A stretch of DNA of 59,081 bases from Candidatus Woesearchaeota archaeon (GCA_018302605.1 JAGVZN010000010.1:3932-63012), one strand, 5' to 3'; shown: positions 19,152-29,661, counted from the stretch's first letter. Translations and numbers: made by a program. Notes: a model not told the origin generated them from the sequence alone.

Positions 19152-20135
19152 ATGGCCTCACATAATCTCGCAATTGGAAAAGAACAACTGGGGAAAGAAC
19201 ACCAAGCTTCAGCCCGATCCCTGAGCATTCCGGTCTCTACCAAGCATAGTATAGAAATTGCGAAAGCAGTTCGTTACAAGACAACAACGTACGCTAAGAA
19301 ATTTCTGGAAGATGTTGTTGCGCTGAAGAGGGCAGTTGAGTTTAAGACGTACGGTCATAATGTTGGACACAAAGCGGGTATGGCCGCCGGGCGCTTTCCA
19401 CAAAAAGCAGCTCAGCAGTTCCTCAAGCTGCTTCATTCCGTTGAAGCCAATGCCCAATTTCGGGGGTTGAATGTTGATGACCTCAAGATAGTCAAACTGA
19501 CCGCCAATCTTGCTTCCATCCCCTCTGGTGGAGGAAGACAACGCCATAAGACAAAACGAACCCATCTGGAGATTGTCGTCAAAGAGCGATCCCCAGCAGC
19601 AAAAAAGAACAAGAAAGGAACGGTTGCGGACAATTCAGTAAAAAGAAAAAGTGATGTTTCAGACAAAGTTACAGATAAAATTACAGATAAAATTACGGAT
19701 AGAGTTATGGCTAAGTCTCCCTCTCCTGAATCTCATCCCAAGATCTCCTCATCTGAGCAAGCCGGAAAGACCACCCTCGCGATGAGTGAGGCGGCCGCGG
19801 TTCATCATCCCGCCGATAATATCATCAATACAAAAACAGTTGGAGAAACTAAATCGGCGGTTGTCGAAAAAAACCGAGAGAAAGAAACGACGGCCGTCTC
19901 AGAAGTTTCAACTGGGCGAGTCTTGGCTCCCAAACAACCCTGGTTGAAATCTGAGCTTCCCAAACCGGAGCTAACCTCCCAAGAGCTTCTTAAACGGGCT
20001 CAAGCGCGGGCCGCCGAATTAAATCAAAGACAAAATCAGGAAAAATCAGTCGATGAAGTGTCCAAATTATATGCAGAATTATCCCAGAAAGGAACTTTGC
20101 GTAATACTAAAATGAGCACGGTGAAAAAAGAATGA
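19152..20135 (+). CDS. rpl22: 50S ribosomal protein L22 with about 180-aa C-terminal extension
   Basis: STKHSIEI, GRFPQKAA, ANAQFRGL, THLEIVVKE; operon position. Confidence 0.93.
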   Translation: MASHNLAIGKEQLGKEHQASARSLSIPVSTKHSIEIAKAVRYKTTTYAKKFLEDVVALKRAVEFKTYGHNVGHKAGMAAGRFPQKAAQQFLKLLHSVEANAQFRGLNVDDLKIVKLTANLASIPSGGGRQRHKTKRTHLEIVVKERSPAAKKNKKGTVADNSVKRKSDVSDKVTDKITDKITDRVMAKSPSPESHPKISSSEQAGKTTLAMSEAAAVHHPADNIINTKTVGETKSAVVEKNREKETTAVSEVSTGRVLAPKQPWLKSELPKPELTSQELLKRAQARAAELNQRQNQEKSVDEVSKLYAELSQKGTLRNTKMSTVKKE

Positions 20136-21106
20136 TCGAACGTCAATTTGTCTCTCAGAAAACCAAAGAGTATTATATCCAGAAGTACATCGAAGGCCGT
20201 CTGCGCGGGGTGGGCATCTCTCAAATCCGGCTCAAGAAAATTCCTCTCGGAGAAAAGATTATCATTTCAGCGAGCAGGCCGAGTCTCATCGTCGGTTCAA
20301 AAGGCGCCAACATCAGAGATCTGACTCGAGTCCTGAAGACCGAATTCAAGATGGAAAATCCGCAAATTGAGATTGCCGAAGTCCAAAATATGTTTCTGGA
20401 TGCGAATGTTGTCGCTCAGCGCATAGCTGGTTCTCTGGAGCGCTTTGGCTCGGCGCGTTTCAAAAGTGTTGGCCACAAGATCATGGAGAATGTTGTCAAT
20501 TCCGGTGCGTTGGGCGTGGAAATAATCATCTCCGGAAAAATTCCCAGTTCCCGGGCAAAAAACTGGCGTTTCTACCAGGGATATCTTAAGAAGTGCGGGG
20601 ACATCGCCATCAGCGGGGTGCGCAAAGCGCAGGCTATTGCGTTGCTGAAAAGCGGAATCATCGGCATTAAAGTGGCAATTATGCCCCCAGATATCATCCT
20701 CCCGGATAAAGTTGAGATTCGAGAAAGCATTTCCACAGAAGTAGGCGAAACAGCGTCGTCTGCTTTGTCAATCGGTCAAGAACAATCAGAAAAACAGAAA
20801 GAGAGTTCAGAATCTGCTGATTCTACCTTTAAGAAAAAAGCATCTGCTAAAAAAAAGACAGCAACCCCTCGTAAAAGAAAAGCAAAAGAAACGGGGACTG
20901 GAGAAGAGGAAGTAAAAAGACTTTCCTCCCCAGATGACAAGGATAAGGTTCAGAAAACTGTTTCCAGTGATAAAGAAGATCCAGAATCAGCTGGGCAAAA
21001 CGTGGTTCCTGCTGAAGAAAATCAAAATGAAGAAAAACAAACAGCGGTGGAAGATGCTGAGCAAAAACCGGAGCAGTCCTCCTCTGCTGAAGGTTCAGGA
21101 CAATGA
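20132..21106 (+). CDS. rps3: 30S ribosomal protein S3 with charged C-terminal extension
   Basis: RPSLIVGSKG KH domain, GALGVEIIISGK, GIIGIKV. Confidence 0.95.
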   Translation: MIERQFVSQKTKEYYIQKYIEGRLRGVGISQIRLKKIPLGEKIIISASRPSLIVGSKGANIRDLTRVLKTEFKMENPQIEIAEVQNMFLDANVVAQRIAGSLERFGSARFKSVGHKIMENVVNSGALGVEIIISGKIPSSRAKNWRFYQGYLKKCGDIAISGVRKAQAIALLKSGIIGIKVAIMPPDIILPDKVEIRESISTEVGETASSALSIGQEQSEKQKESSESADSTFKKKASAKKKTATPRKRKAKETGTGEEEVKRLSSPDDKDKVQKTVSSDKEDPESAGQNVVPAEENQNEEKQTAVEDAEQKPEQSSSAEGSGQ

Positions 21107-21306
21107 AACGCTCAAAAGAATTACAATCATTAAGCTCTGGAGAATTACAAAAACGCTTGGAAGAGTTTAAAAAGGAGCTGTTGAAGCTGAATGTGCAGGT
21201 TGCCAGCGGAGCAAACACAGCTAATCCGGGTAAGCTTCGGCAGACAAAAAAAAGTATTGCGCGGATCAACGGTCTATTGTGCGGAAAAGGGGGTTCCTCG
21301 GAATAA
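21103..21306 (+). CDS. rpl29: 50S ribosomal protein L29
   Basis: KELLKL..NPGKLRQTKKSIARI; position after S3. Confidence 0.92.
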   Translation: MKRSKELQSLSSGELQKRLEEFKKELLKLNVQVASGANTANPGKLRQTKKSIARINGLLCGKGGSSE

Positions 21307-21618
21307 ATGATGGTTGGCGTGTGCAATCAATGTGGTCTTCCGACGGACCTTTGTGTCTGTGAGACCATCGCTCGTGAACAGCAGAAGATCACGGTCGGAA
21401 TAGAAAAGCGGAAGTTTGGTAAGAAGTATACGATCATCAAAGGATTCAAGAATGAAGTAAACATTGATGATATCTTCCGTAAGCTGAAATCAAAGTTTGC
21501 CTGCGGCGGGACAGCCAAGAATGGGCAGGTAGAACTTCAGGGTGATCACAAAGCCCGGATCAAAACAGTCTTAGTTGACCTTGGCTTTCCTGAAGAAACA
21601 ATTGAAGTTCAGCATTGA
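21307..21618 (+). CDS. Translation initiation factor aIF1/SUI1 (YciH family)
   Basis: CGLP.DLCVCE, LKSKFACGGT, ELQGDH. Confidence 0.95.
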   Translation: MMVGVCNQCGLPTDLCVCETIAREQQKITVGIEKRKFGKKYTIIKGFKNEVNIDDIFRKLKSKFACGGTAKNGQVELQGDHKARIKTVLVDLGFPEETIEVQH

Positions 21619-21698
21619 ATCAAAATCGGCATTGAATAAAAAGCAAAACACAAAAATCAGGCAAAACAAAAATCACGGCCAACACAATCAATCTACCA

Positions 21699-21953
21699 AT
21701 GGCTTCAGAAGCGATGTTTTCCCGGGGGATAATCGGGAAGAGAATCATCATCATAGACGCGACGAACAAAAGTTTGGTCAGCCTGCATGGACTTGTCGTT
21801 GACGAGACAAGATCAACGTTTGTGGTCGAGACGGCAGATCATCAGACAAAACGGCTGCTCAAGTCGGCAATCACTTTCCGACTGGAAGGCGAACAAGACG
21901 TGCTTCACGGCGCGGCGCTGAAGAAGCGGCCTGAAGAACGCCTGAAAGGATAA
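21699..21953 (+). CDS. rnp1: RNase P protein component Rpp29
   Basis: GLVVDETR, KRPEERLK; conserved position between SUI1 and S17. Confidence 0.88.
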   Translation: MASEAMFSRGIIGKRIIIIDATNKSLVSLHGLVVDETRSTFVVETADHQTKRLLKSAITFRLEGEQDVLHGAALKKRPEERLKG

Positions 21954-21973
21954 GAACAGGAAGGATATCCAAA

Positions 21974-22441
21974 ATGAGAACAGAAATCATGGGCGCAACA
22001 GCGCCACAAAAAGATTGTACTGATGGAAAATGCCCTTTCCATGGAGAGATTCTTGTAAAGAGAGAACTCCTTAAAGGGAAGGTAATCAAGAAAGATGTCA
22101 GCCGTTCAGCGACAATCGAATGGTTTAGACCGTTCTTTGTCAAAAAATATGAGCGATACGAAGTCCGGCGTTACCGCCTGCGAACGCATAACCCATCCTG
22201 CATCAATGCAGCTATCGGCGATGAAGTTCTCGTCGCCAAGACCAGGCCGCTTAGCAAGACAAAGCACCATATTATCTTACAGGTATTAGATACCGCTTCC
22301 CGAAGCAAGAACTCCGAGAAAAGTACCCTTGCCGTTTCGAAGAAAAAGAAAGCAAAGAATCTTTTGGCAGGTAATCCGCAAGATGTTAATCAGAAAGATA
22401 CTAATCCTTCAGATGGAAGAGAACCGGGTGATGATCAATGA
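21974..22441 (+). CDS. rps17: 30S ribosomal protein S17 (C-terminal extension)
   Basis: CPFHG, KKYERY, TRPLSKTK. Confidence 0.95.
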   Translation: MRTEIMGATAPQKDCTDGKCPFHGEILVKRELLKGKVIKKDVSRSATIEWFRPFFVKKYERYEVRRYRLRTHNPSCINAAIGDEVLVAKTRPLSKTKHHIILQVLDTASRSKNSEKSTLAVSKKKKAKNLLAGNPQDVNQKDTNPSDGREPGDDQ

Positions 22442-22839
22442 AAGGCGTCAAAAGCAGGATCACTCGATCCCTTCCTTCACAGGCTCGGATTACTGCGTGT
22501 GACAACTCGGGAGCGAAAATACTCAAGGTCATTTCCGTGATCGGGCATAAGACCGTTCGCGGTCGCATTCCTGCAGCAGGAGTTGGTGATTTAGTATTGG
22601 CCTCTGTAAAGAAAGGAAAATTAGAGATGCGTAAAACGGTCGTGCCGGTGATCATCGTCCGGCAGAAGAAAGAGTATCGCCGCTCTAACGGGATGAGGGT
22701 CGCGTTTGAAGATAATGCGGGGGTAGTCCTCAAAGACATGAAAGGGAATCCAAAAGGTACAATCTTTAAAGGGCCGATCGCCAAGGAAGTCGCTGAGCGC
22801 TGGCCGGCTGTCGCCAAAGTCGCGAGCATGATCCTCTAA
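22438..22839 (+). CDS. rpl14: 50S ribosomal protein L14
   Basis: DNSGAK, AGVGD, FEDNAGV, GPIAKEVAERW. Confidence 0.97.
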   Translation: MKGVKSRITRSLPSQARITACDNSGAKILKVISVIGHKTVRGRIPAAGVGDLVLASVKKGKLEMRKTVVPVIIVRQKKEYRRSNGMRVAFEDNAGVVLKDMKGNPKGTIFKGPIAKEVAERWPAVAKVASMIL

Positions 22840-22888
22840 GAGAAAATCAATCTGAAACACCAAGATGAAAAATAAAACAAAATATCCG

Positions 22889-22946
22889 GAACAAAACACC
22901 ATTATCCTCAACAACCAGAACAAAACACCATTATCCTCAACAACCA
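22889..22946 (+). repeat. Exact 29-bp tandem duplication upstream of rpl24
   Basis: GAACAAAACACCATTATCCTCAACAACCA x2, the last A starting the ATG at 22946. Confidence 0.85.
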
Positions 22947-23485
22947 TGACCGAAAGAACAAAATTCACCACCACATGGAAAAAGAGTTCACAAGCGCGCA
23001 AACAGCGGAAATATATTCACCGCGCACCGCTTCACATTAAGCAGAAGCTGATGCACGCCCACCTTGCGCAAGCACTCCGCGAAAAATACGCTGGTCTCCG
23101 CCGGCTGCAGTTGCGTAAAGGAGATAAAGTCAAAGTCATGCGCGGAGAGTTCAAAAGCAAGGACGGAAAAGTAGAACGTGTCCTCCTCAAAAAAAATCGT
23201 GCTTATATCGCTGGTTTGGACCGGCTGAAAGCGGATGGATCAAAAGTTCCGGTTCCGATCCATCCCTCTAACCTGATGATCCTGGAACTTGATCTGGGAG
23301 ATAGAAAAAGAAAAGCAAAGCTGGCTGCTGAGAAGTCGGCTGGAAGAAATTCAAAGGGAAGAAATCAAAAGATCACCAAGTCCAACAAAACAGTCAAGTC
23401 CGGTAAAGGGGGTATTGTTCAAAACACTCCCTCTCTGCGTGTAAACCAGAACCAGCAATCTGACAAGCGAGGTCACAACGAATGA
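22946..23485 (+). CDS. rpl24: 50S ribosomal protein L24 (basic C-terminal extension)
   Basis: SSQARKQRK..APLH, RKGDKVKVMRG, IHPSNLMI; alternative start at 22865. Confidence 0.93.
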   Translation: MTERTKFTTTWKKSSQARKQRKYIHRAPLHIKQKLMHAHLAQALREKYAGLRRLQLRKGDKVKVMRGEFKSKDGKVERVLLKKNRAYIAGLDRLKADGSKVPVPIHPSNLMILELDLGDRKRKAKLAAEKSAGRNSKGRNQKITKSNKTVKSGKGGIVQNTPSLRVNQNQQSDKRGHNE

Positions 23486-24222
23486 AAAATCATCTTAAAA
23501 GAGTAACGTCGCCTAAAACATGGGCATTGCCGCGTCGGGGGCGGGTCTTTATCACCCGACCTCTTCCGAGTGGACACCCCATCGATCAAGGGATGCCTTT
23601 AGGCCTGGTGCTGCGCGATATGCTCGCCTTAGCGTTGACAATGTCCGAGGTACGGAAGATCCTCCTCAGCAAAGAAGTGCTGGTCGATGGAAAGAGACGG
23701 AAAGATCATCGTTTCCACGTCGGCCTTTTCGATGTCATCTCTTTCCCCGGTTTAGGAAAACAGTATCGGATGGTCCTTAATCAGAACGGCTACCTCGCAC
23801 TGATTCCCATCCCTGCTGCCGAGGCCTCGTTGAAGCTGGGAAAAGTGCTGGGCAAGAGCATCTTGAAAAGTGGAAAAGTTCAGTATCATCTTCATGACGG
23901 TAGAAATCTGTCCACCAAAAGTGTATCAAAAGTGGGCGATACATTCCTCTTCACCGTGCCTGCACAAGAAGTACAAAAAGTTTTTCCCCTCAAAGAAGGG
24001 GCAAAGATCATCACCTACGCCGGAAAAAATGCTGGCCGGGTGGGAATGATCCGGAAAATTGCTGGCCGGGAAAGTACCTATAATGCGGGTGGGAAAGATG
24101 TTGAGACGGTTACACGACATCTCTTTGTTGTCGGCGAGAAAGAGATGGCTTTAACTGTTGTCGTCGCAGAACAACGGAAAGCATCAGCAGCATCTACACC
24201 CGTTACAATATCAAACACATGA
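23482..24222 (+). CDS. rps4e: 30S ribosomal protein S4e
   Basis: HLKR..P.TW, VLVDGKRRKD..F.VGLFDVI, LHDGRN. Confidence 0.95.
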   Translation: MKNHLKRVTSPKTWALPRRGRVFITRPLPSGHPIDQGMPLGLVLRDMLALALTMSEVRKILLSKEVLVDGKRRKDHRFHVGLFDVISFPGLGKQYRMVLNQNGYLALIPIPAAEASLKLGKVLGKSILKSGKVQYHLHDGRNLSTKSVSKVGDTFLFTVPAQEVQKVFPLKEGAKIITYAGKNAGRVGMIRKIAGRESTYNAGGKDVETVTRHLFVVGEKEMALTVVVAEQRKASAASTPVTISNT

Positions 24223-24245
24223 ACAAAAGCAAGGAATAAAACCCA

Positions 24246-24776
24246 ATGGCAACGAAAACAAAAACGAATGGGAATCCGATGAGGAACATCCACATCGCTA
24301 AAGTAACACTCAATATCGGCGCCGGAAAAGATGAAAATGTCCTCAAGAAAGGTTTCACCCTCCTGCAAAAGATCACCCCTCTCAAGCCGGTAAAGACGAC
24401 TACCAAAAAAAGGATTCCGGGATGGTCGCTTCGTCCCGGCTTGGAAATTGGCACGATGGTAACGGTACGAAAAAATGCTGATGTGTTGCTGAAGCGGCTG
24501 CTTGTCGCTAAGGAAAACACTCTCGCCGCAAGTAATTTCGATGAGCGGGGAAATTTCGCTTTCGGCATTCCGGAATATATCGAAATCGAAGGGTTGGAAT
24601 ACGATCCTGAATTGAAGATTATGGGTCTGGAAGCTGCAGTTACATTGGAACGGCCCGGTTATCGAATAAAGCGTCGGAAAATCAGGTCGGCTCGAGTCGG
24701 GAAAAGTCACCAGATCACCAAAGAAGAAGCAGTGGCTTTCATCCGCGCCGCATTTGGAGTCGAGGTACAGCCATGA
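24246..24776 (+). CDS. rpl5: 50S ribosomal protein L5
   Basis: NPMRNI, FDERGNFAFGIPEY, YDPELKIMG. Confidence 0.96.
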   Translation: MATKTKTNGNPMRNIHIAKVTLNIGAGKDENVLKKGFTLLQKITPLKPVKTTTKKRIPGWSLRPGLEIGTMVTVRKNADVLLKRLLVAKENTLAASNFDERGNFAFGIPEYIEIEGLEYDPELKIMGLEAAVTLERPGYRIKRRKIRSARVGKSHQITKEEAVAFIRAAFGVEVQP

Positions 24777-24894
24777 ACATAAACGACAGATATCTTTGTT
24801 CGAATGTTTATCCCCAAAATAATCTATCCTCACAAATGATCAATGATAATTCATCTATCAAAAAGGGAAATAGCAGAGGGGGAAATAAGCTACA

Positions 24895-25125
24895 ATGACA
24901 ACAAGCGATTGGCGGAAAATGTTCACCCAACTGAACGCTAAGCCGGTAAAAAAAGCGAAATACACCAAGCACAATCAACCACGTTCCCGTTCGTGCGGCG
25001 TGACGCTGCGGAAATGCAAAAACTGCGGGCGTGATGGCGGTCATATCAATAAGTATGGTCTTCATCTCTGCCGTCAGTGTTTCCGGGAGATGGCCTTGAA
25101 TCTTGGTTTCAAAAAATATAGCTGA
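24895..25125 (+). CDS. rps14: 30S ribosomal protein S14 (zinc-binding)
   Basis: [26 protein letters not shown]. Confidence 0.95.
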   Translation: MTTSDWRKMFTQLNAKPVKKAKYTKHNQPRSRSCGVTLRKCKNCGRDGGHINKYGLHLCRQCFREMALNLGFKKYS

Positions 25126-25251
25126 ACCAACAGAGAACCAACAATAAATGTTGAACCAACCAAAAATGAAAAGACAAAGTAAGACGGAAAAGATGGATAG
25201 GGATAGAATCGGCTACAAAGAAGCATTAAGATCAGTGAGGATTGATTAAAA

Positions 25252-25641
25252 ATGTTAAATGATCCATTGGCGGCGGCCTTAACAAAAATAATGAACGCGG
25301 AAAAAGTAGGGAAGCGTGAAGTAGTTCTCCGACCGGCTTCGAAAATGTTAAAAGTTATCCTGCGTCTGATGAACGAACAGAACTATCTTGGAATGTTTGA
25401 GGAAATTGATGACGGGAAGGGGGGGCATCTCAAAGTGTATCTTCTCGGAAATATCAATCATTGTGGGGTCATCAAACCTCGTTTCTCCACAAAGTATCAG
25501 AATGTTGAAAAATGGGAAAAACGTTATCTTCCCGCGAAAGATTTTGGAGTCATTTTCATCACCACTCCGCAGGGGATTACGACGCATCTTGATGCTAAAG
25601 AAAAACAAACGGGGGGCCGCCTGTTGGCATATGTCTATTAG
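25252..25641 (+). CDS. rps8: 30S ribosomal protein S8
   Basis: NDPLAAAL..IMNAE, CGVIKPRF, YLPAKDFG, GGRLLAYVY. Confidence 0.97.
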   Translation: MLNDPLAAALTKIMNAEKVGKREVVLRPASKMLKVILRLMNEQNYLGMFEEIDDGKGGHLKVYLLGNINHCGVIKPRFSTKYQNVEKWEKRYLPAKDFGVIFITTPQGITTHLDAKEKQTGGRLLAYVY

Positions 25642-25652
25642 GTGAAAAGATC

Positions 25653-26195
25653 ATGAAAGCAGAAATTATCCGGGAGATTGCATTTGGGGCTGGCGTTTCA
25701 GCAACCCTCAACGGAGAAATGCTTACGGTCAAAGGTCCCAAAGGAGAGGTGTCCCGGTCGTTCCGCAGCCCTTCCATAACCACTACTATCAATCAAGGAA
25801 AAATTGTCTTGCAGGTGAAAAAAGGAACAAAAAGGGAGAAGACAATGATCGGCACTTTTGAAGCGCATATCGCCAATATGATCAAAGGAGTCCAGGAACA
25901 CCACACCTACAAGCTAAAAATCTGCTCCAGCCACTTTCCGATGAATGTCAGTGTCGTGGGCAAGGAATTGCTCATCAAGAACTTTCTGGGTGAAGCAGTT
26001 CCACGAAAAGCGAAAATTGTTCCTGGGGCAGATGTTAAAGTCAACGGGAACGAGATTATTGTCACCAGTCCTGATCGTGAATTGGCAGGAATGATGGCTT
26101 CCCGGATCGAGAACCTCTGTCGGATCACCAATCGTGACCGCAGAATCTTCCAGGATGGGTGTTATATCACTCATAAAGTGGGGAGAGCAATCTAG
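25653..26195 (+). CDS. rpl6: 50S ribosomal protein L6
   Basis: VKGPKG, HFPMNV, NFLGE, DRRIFQDG.YI. Confidence 0.97.
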   Translation: MKAEIIREIAFGAGVSATLNGEMLTVKGPKGEVSRSFRSPSITTTINQGKIVLQVKKGTKREKTMIGTFEAHIANMIKGVQEHHTYKLKICSSHFPMNVSVVGKELLIKNFLGEAVPRKAKIVPGADVKVNGNEIIVTSPDRELAGMMASRIENLCRITNRDRRIFQDGCYITHKVGRAI

Positions 26196-26266
26196 ACTCC
26201 GGGAGGGGATGTTTAATCATCACCCTCATCGTCATCAAAACAACATGATTCAATAACTAAAACAAC

Positions 26267-26947
26267 ATGGTAAACACAATCCAGTTACAGAAGCGCAGAA
26301 TTGCCAAGCGGCGTAAGCCTAGCTTTGTGGTCAAGGAATCCCACTTCATCGCTCGTGTTAAAAAACGTTGGAGGCTTCCTCGTGGACTACATTCCGCGGC
26401 TCGGCAACGCTATCGCGGCCGCCCGGCACAGCCGCACCCAGGTTACGGTTCCCCGCAGGAAGTTCGTGGTCTTTCCCGAGAGGGGCTGATCCCCGTGCGC
26501 GTTCACACGGAACGTGATTTTTCCTTGCTCACGCCGGGGGTGCATGGTGCAGTGATCGGCCGAAGTGTTGGCAGCCGAAAGAAACTGGCCCTCTTGCAGC
26601 TGGCTCAGGAAAAGAAAATCAAAATCATTTACGTCAAAGATGTCTTTTCTTTGGTAACGAAAATGAAAGAGACACTGGCTCGCCGGCAGGAAGTACGCCG
26701 CTCCCAGAAACAGGAGAAGATGAAAAAGCAAGTTGAGCATCGCAAGAAGTCCGCTGAGAAAGAGAAAAAAGAGGACAAAGTCAAAGCAGGAGAAGAGAAA
26801 ACTGAAAATCAAACTGCACCGGGGAAAGAAATAACTTCCGCTGGTCGTGAAAACACAATTAACGTTATTGAATCGTCTTCCAATCAACATGCTGAAAAAG
26901 ACGAAGAGCGTAAGCTTGCCGAGAAAACGATGATCAAGAGGCAATAA
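26267..26947 (+). CDS. rpl32e: 50S ribosomal protein L32e with about 100-aa charged extension
   Basis: WRLPRGLHS, PGYGSP..VRGL, VGSRKK. Confidence 0.92.
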   Translation: MVNTIQLQKRRIAKRRKPSFVVKESHFIARVKKRWRLPRGLHSAARQRYRGRPAQPHPGYGSPQEVRGLSREGLIPVRVHTERDFSLLTPGVHGAVIGRSVGSRKKLALLQLAQEKKIKIIYVKDVFSLVTKMKETLARRQEVRRSQKQEKMKKQVEHRKKSAEKEKKEDKVKAGEEKTENQTAPGKEITSAGRENTINVIESSSNQHAEKDEERKLAEKTMIKRQ

Positions 26948-26989
26948 TTACGCGATGAAAATAAGAAATAATCAACAAGGAGAAAGCTG

Positions 26990-27517
26990 ATGAATACTAA
27001 GAAAAGACTCGCCGCAAAAATCCTGAAAACATCTCACCAGAAAGTACGTTTTGCAGACGGATCTCTGGAAGAGATCAGCAAGGCAATTACCCGCGCAGAT
27101 ATGCGTGGCCTGATTGCCGTCGGCAAAATAAAAAAGATCACTCCCAATGAGCAATCCCGTGTTCGGGCAAGAGAGAATGCCGCGCAGAAAAGCAAGGGAC
27201 GGCGCAAAGGGAAAGGGAGCAGGAAAGGGCGCAAGTTTTCCCGGATCAGTAGGAAAGACCAATGGATGACAAAGATCCGCCTGCAGCGCGTTTTCCTTAA
27301 AGAATTGAGGGAAAGGGAATTACTTTCCCCGACGCAATACCGTCTGTTATACGCCAAGAGCAAAGGGGGCTATTTCCGGAACAAACGGCACATCAAATTG
27401 TACCTCTCTGAGCAGAACTTGCTGCGCGGAGATGAGGTCCCAGAAAAAGGGATGCCTAACAGAAAAGAACAACCTCCAAAAACAAAGATGAGCAGAGAGA
27501 AGGGGCACACTCCATAA
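26990..27517 (+). CDS. rpl19e: 50S ribosomal protein L19e
   Basis: KRLAAKIL, AITRADMR, KGRRKGKGSRKG, KGGYFRN. Confidence 0.95.
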   Translation: MNTKKRLAAKILKTSHQKVRFADGSLEEISKAITRADMRGLIAVGKIKKITPNEQSRVRARENAAQKSKGRRKGKGSRKGRKFSRISRKDQWMTKIRLQRVFLKELRERELLSPTQYRLLYAKSKGGYFRNKRHIKLYLSEQNLLRGDEVPEKGMPNRKEQPPKTKMSREKGHTP

Positions 27518-27629
27518 TCAGTCCTCAATGGAGTGTCTAAAACCTCACCAAGAGACGTCCCCCCCAAGAGAAAAAAATAGTCCAAAAATAATACCTAAAT
27601 AATACAAAAAAAGCAAAAAAAGCAACAAC

Positions 27630-28199
27630 ATGAAACCAACACGACCCAAAACAGTACCCTATCGACGTAAGAGAGAAGTAAAGACAAATTATACTAAACG
27701 GCTTACTCTTCTTCTCTCCGGAAAACCACGGCTGGTTGTTCGTCTGACCAACACACAGGTTCTGGCTCAGGTTGCTGAATTCACCCTCACTGGCGATAAG
27801 ATCATCGCCGCGGCTTCAGGCAGTGATCTCCGCAAGCTGGGTTGGCAATATTCCACCAAGAATCTGCCAGCGGCGTACTTGACTGGCTTCCTCATCGGCA
27901 AGAGGGCTGTCAAAAAAGGATGCAAAGAGAGCATTTTGGATACAGGTAATGTCTCTCCGATCCATAAAGGGCGTTTTTATGCTTTCTTGAAAGGCGCACT
28001 GGATGCGGGTTTTCAGGTGCCATTTAATCTCAAGAAAGACATCTTCGCAGAGGAGGAGAGGATTATGGGGAAACATATCATTGAACATGCTCCCCTTGTT
28101 CAAAAAGGAAGCAGACAATATACGCAATATTTAAAAAGCGGTGCTCTCCCCGAGAACATCTCAAAACAGTTTCAGACAATTAAACAGAAGATAAACTAA
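27630..28199 (+). CDS. rpl18: 50S ribosomal protein L18
   Basis: RRKRE.KTNY.KR, PRLVVR, NLPAAYLTG, KGALDAG. Confidence 0.95.
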   Translation: MKPTRPKTVPYRRKREVKTNYTKRLTLLLSGKPRLVVRLTNTQVLAQVAEFTLTGDKIIAAASGSDLRKLGWQYSTKNLPAAYLTGFLIGKRAVKKGCKESILDTGNVSPIHKGRFYAFLKGALDAGFQVPFNLKKDIFAEEERIMGKHIIEHAPLVQKGSRQYTQYLKSGALPENISKQFQTIKQKIN

Positions 28200-28315
28200 A
28201 ATCTGAATCATAAAATCAGATCAACTTAAACCCAACTCAAGAAATAAAATTTAAAACAAGATCAACTAAGAAAAATCAAATTAACTACAACAATTCAAAA
28301 AAAGAATATCCTCCC

Positions 28316-29134
28316 ATGGCACCACCCAAGAAAATAAAACGAGCGGAAGAAGAGCCAGTAGTAGTAGAACCAGTGGAAGAAAAAAAGAATGAAGAAGTCT
28401 CCAAAGAGATCGAAGAAGTCCCTCGGCTTCACGCAGATTGGAAACCGATCACTTCGTTAGGAAGACGGGTGAAAGACGGCGAAATAACTTCTATCGATCA
28501 GATTTTTGATTCCGGCCTGCCGATCCTTGAACCACAGATCGTCGATACGTTAGTTTCTCATTTGGAAGACGATCTCCTCTTGGTCGGGCAGGCGAAAGGG
28601 AAGTTCGGTGGTGGTCAGCGTCGAATCTTCCGGCAAACGCAGAAGAAGACAAAAGAAGGAAACAAAATCAAATTCACGACCGTTGCTGTTGTTGGTAACC
28701 GTGATGGTTATGTTGGAATCGGCATCGGCAAGAGTGGTGAAACAGTCCCATCTAGAGATAAAGCACGTCGTTCTGCTCGTCTCGGCCTGATCCGTGTACG
28801 TCGGGGAAGCGGCACATGGGAATCTGCCTCGAGGGAACCAACTTCCATCCCTTTTGCAGTAATGGGGCGCTGCGGTTCTGTTCGCATAACTTTGATGCCC
28901 GCCCCTAAAGGAAAAGGTCTCTGTGTGGAAAAAGAGTGTGCGAAGATCCTTGCTTTGGCGGGGATAAAAGATATCTGGAGCAAGACGCAAGGTCAAACAA
29001 AAACCAAATTGAATCTCATCTACGCGCTCATGGATGCGCTAAAGAAATTATCAGAAGTGAAGATCCAACCGGGAGATATTCCAAAACTTGGAATTTTGGA
29101 AGGTTCTCTGCGCAATCGAGCGATGGGGGAATAA
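28316..29134 (+). CDS. rps5: 30S ribosomal protein S5
   Basis: W.P.T.LGR.VK, VVGNRDGYVG, PAPKGKGL, LAGIKDIWS. Confidence 0.96.
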   Translation: MAPPKKIKRAEEEPVVVEPVEEKKNEEVSKEIEEVPRLHADWKPITSLGRRVKDGEITSIDQIFDSGLPILEPQIVDTLVSHLEDDLLLVGQAKGKFGGGQRRIFRQTQKKTKEGNKIKFTTVAVVGNRDGYVGIGIGKSGETVPSRDKARRSARLGLIRVRRGSGTWESASREPTSIPFAVMGRCGSVRITLMPAPKGKGLCVEKECAKILALAGIKDIWSKTQGQTKTKLNLIYALMDALKKLSEVKIQPGDIPKLGILEGSLRNRAMGE

Positions 29135-29148
29135 TCATAAACAAGACA

Positions 29149-29661
29149 ATGGCAGCGACAACAACACCTCTCGACGGGAAGAAAAACAGGAAAAGAGAGA
29201 ATAAACCGGCAGTGAAAGAGGCGGCTTCTTCAAAAGCGGCAAAAATTGCCGTTGTGCTGATCCGAGGAATGATCGATATGGACCGACCATTGAAAGATGC
29301 TTTGCGTATCCTACGTCTTCATCGGAAGAATCATTGCGTCATCGTCGAAGATAATCGCATCTCGCGGGGAATGATCCAGAAAGTAAAAGATTATGTCACT
29401 TGGGGCGAGATCTCTCCAGAAACCTATACGGAGCTGATCGGTAAGCGGGGAAAAGAATTTAAAGCCCGGCAAACCGATCGCAAACAGAAATATTCGTATG
29501 CGGTGATTGAGTTTCAGGGGAAAAAATACAAGCCTTATTTTGCCCTGAATCCACCACTCAAAGGGTTTGGCCGAAAAGGGATCAAGGTTGCGTTCCGGGT
29601 GGGCGGGGCTTTGGGAAATCGCGGTGAAAAAATCAATGATCTCCTCAGGAGGATGATGTAA
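29149..29661 (+). CDS. rpl30: 50S ribosomal protein L30
   Basis: GMIQKVKDYVTWGE, LNPPLKGF, GALGNRGEKINDLLRRM; start set at the ATG at 29149. Confidence 0.94.
   Translation: MAATTTPLDGKKNRKRENKPAVKEAASSKAAKIAVVLIRGMIDMDRPLKDALRILRLHRKNHCVIVEDNRISRGMIQKVKDYVTWGEISPETYTELIGKRGKEFKARQTDRKQKYSYAVIEFQGKKYKPYFALNPPLKGFGRKGIKVAFRVGGALGNRGEKINDLLRRMM

Noticed and set aside
28936-29148. Long N-terminal extension of L30 in the ORF track
   Set aside because: It overlaps rps5 in another frame; the ATG at 29149 gives a sensible start.
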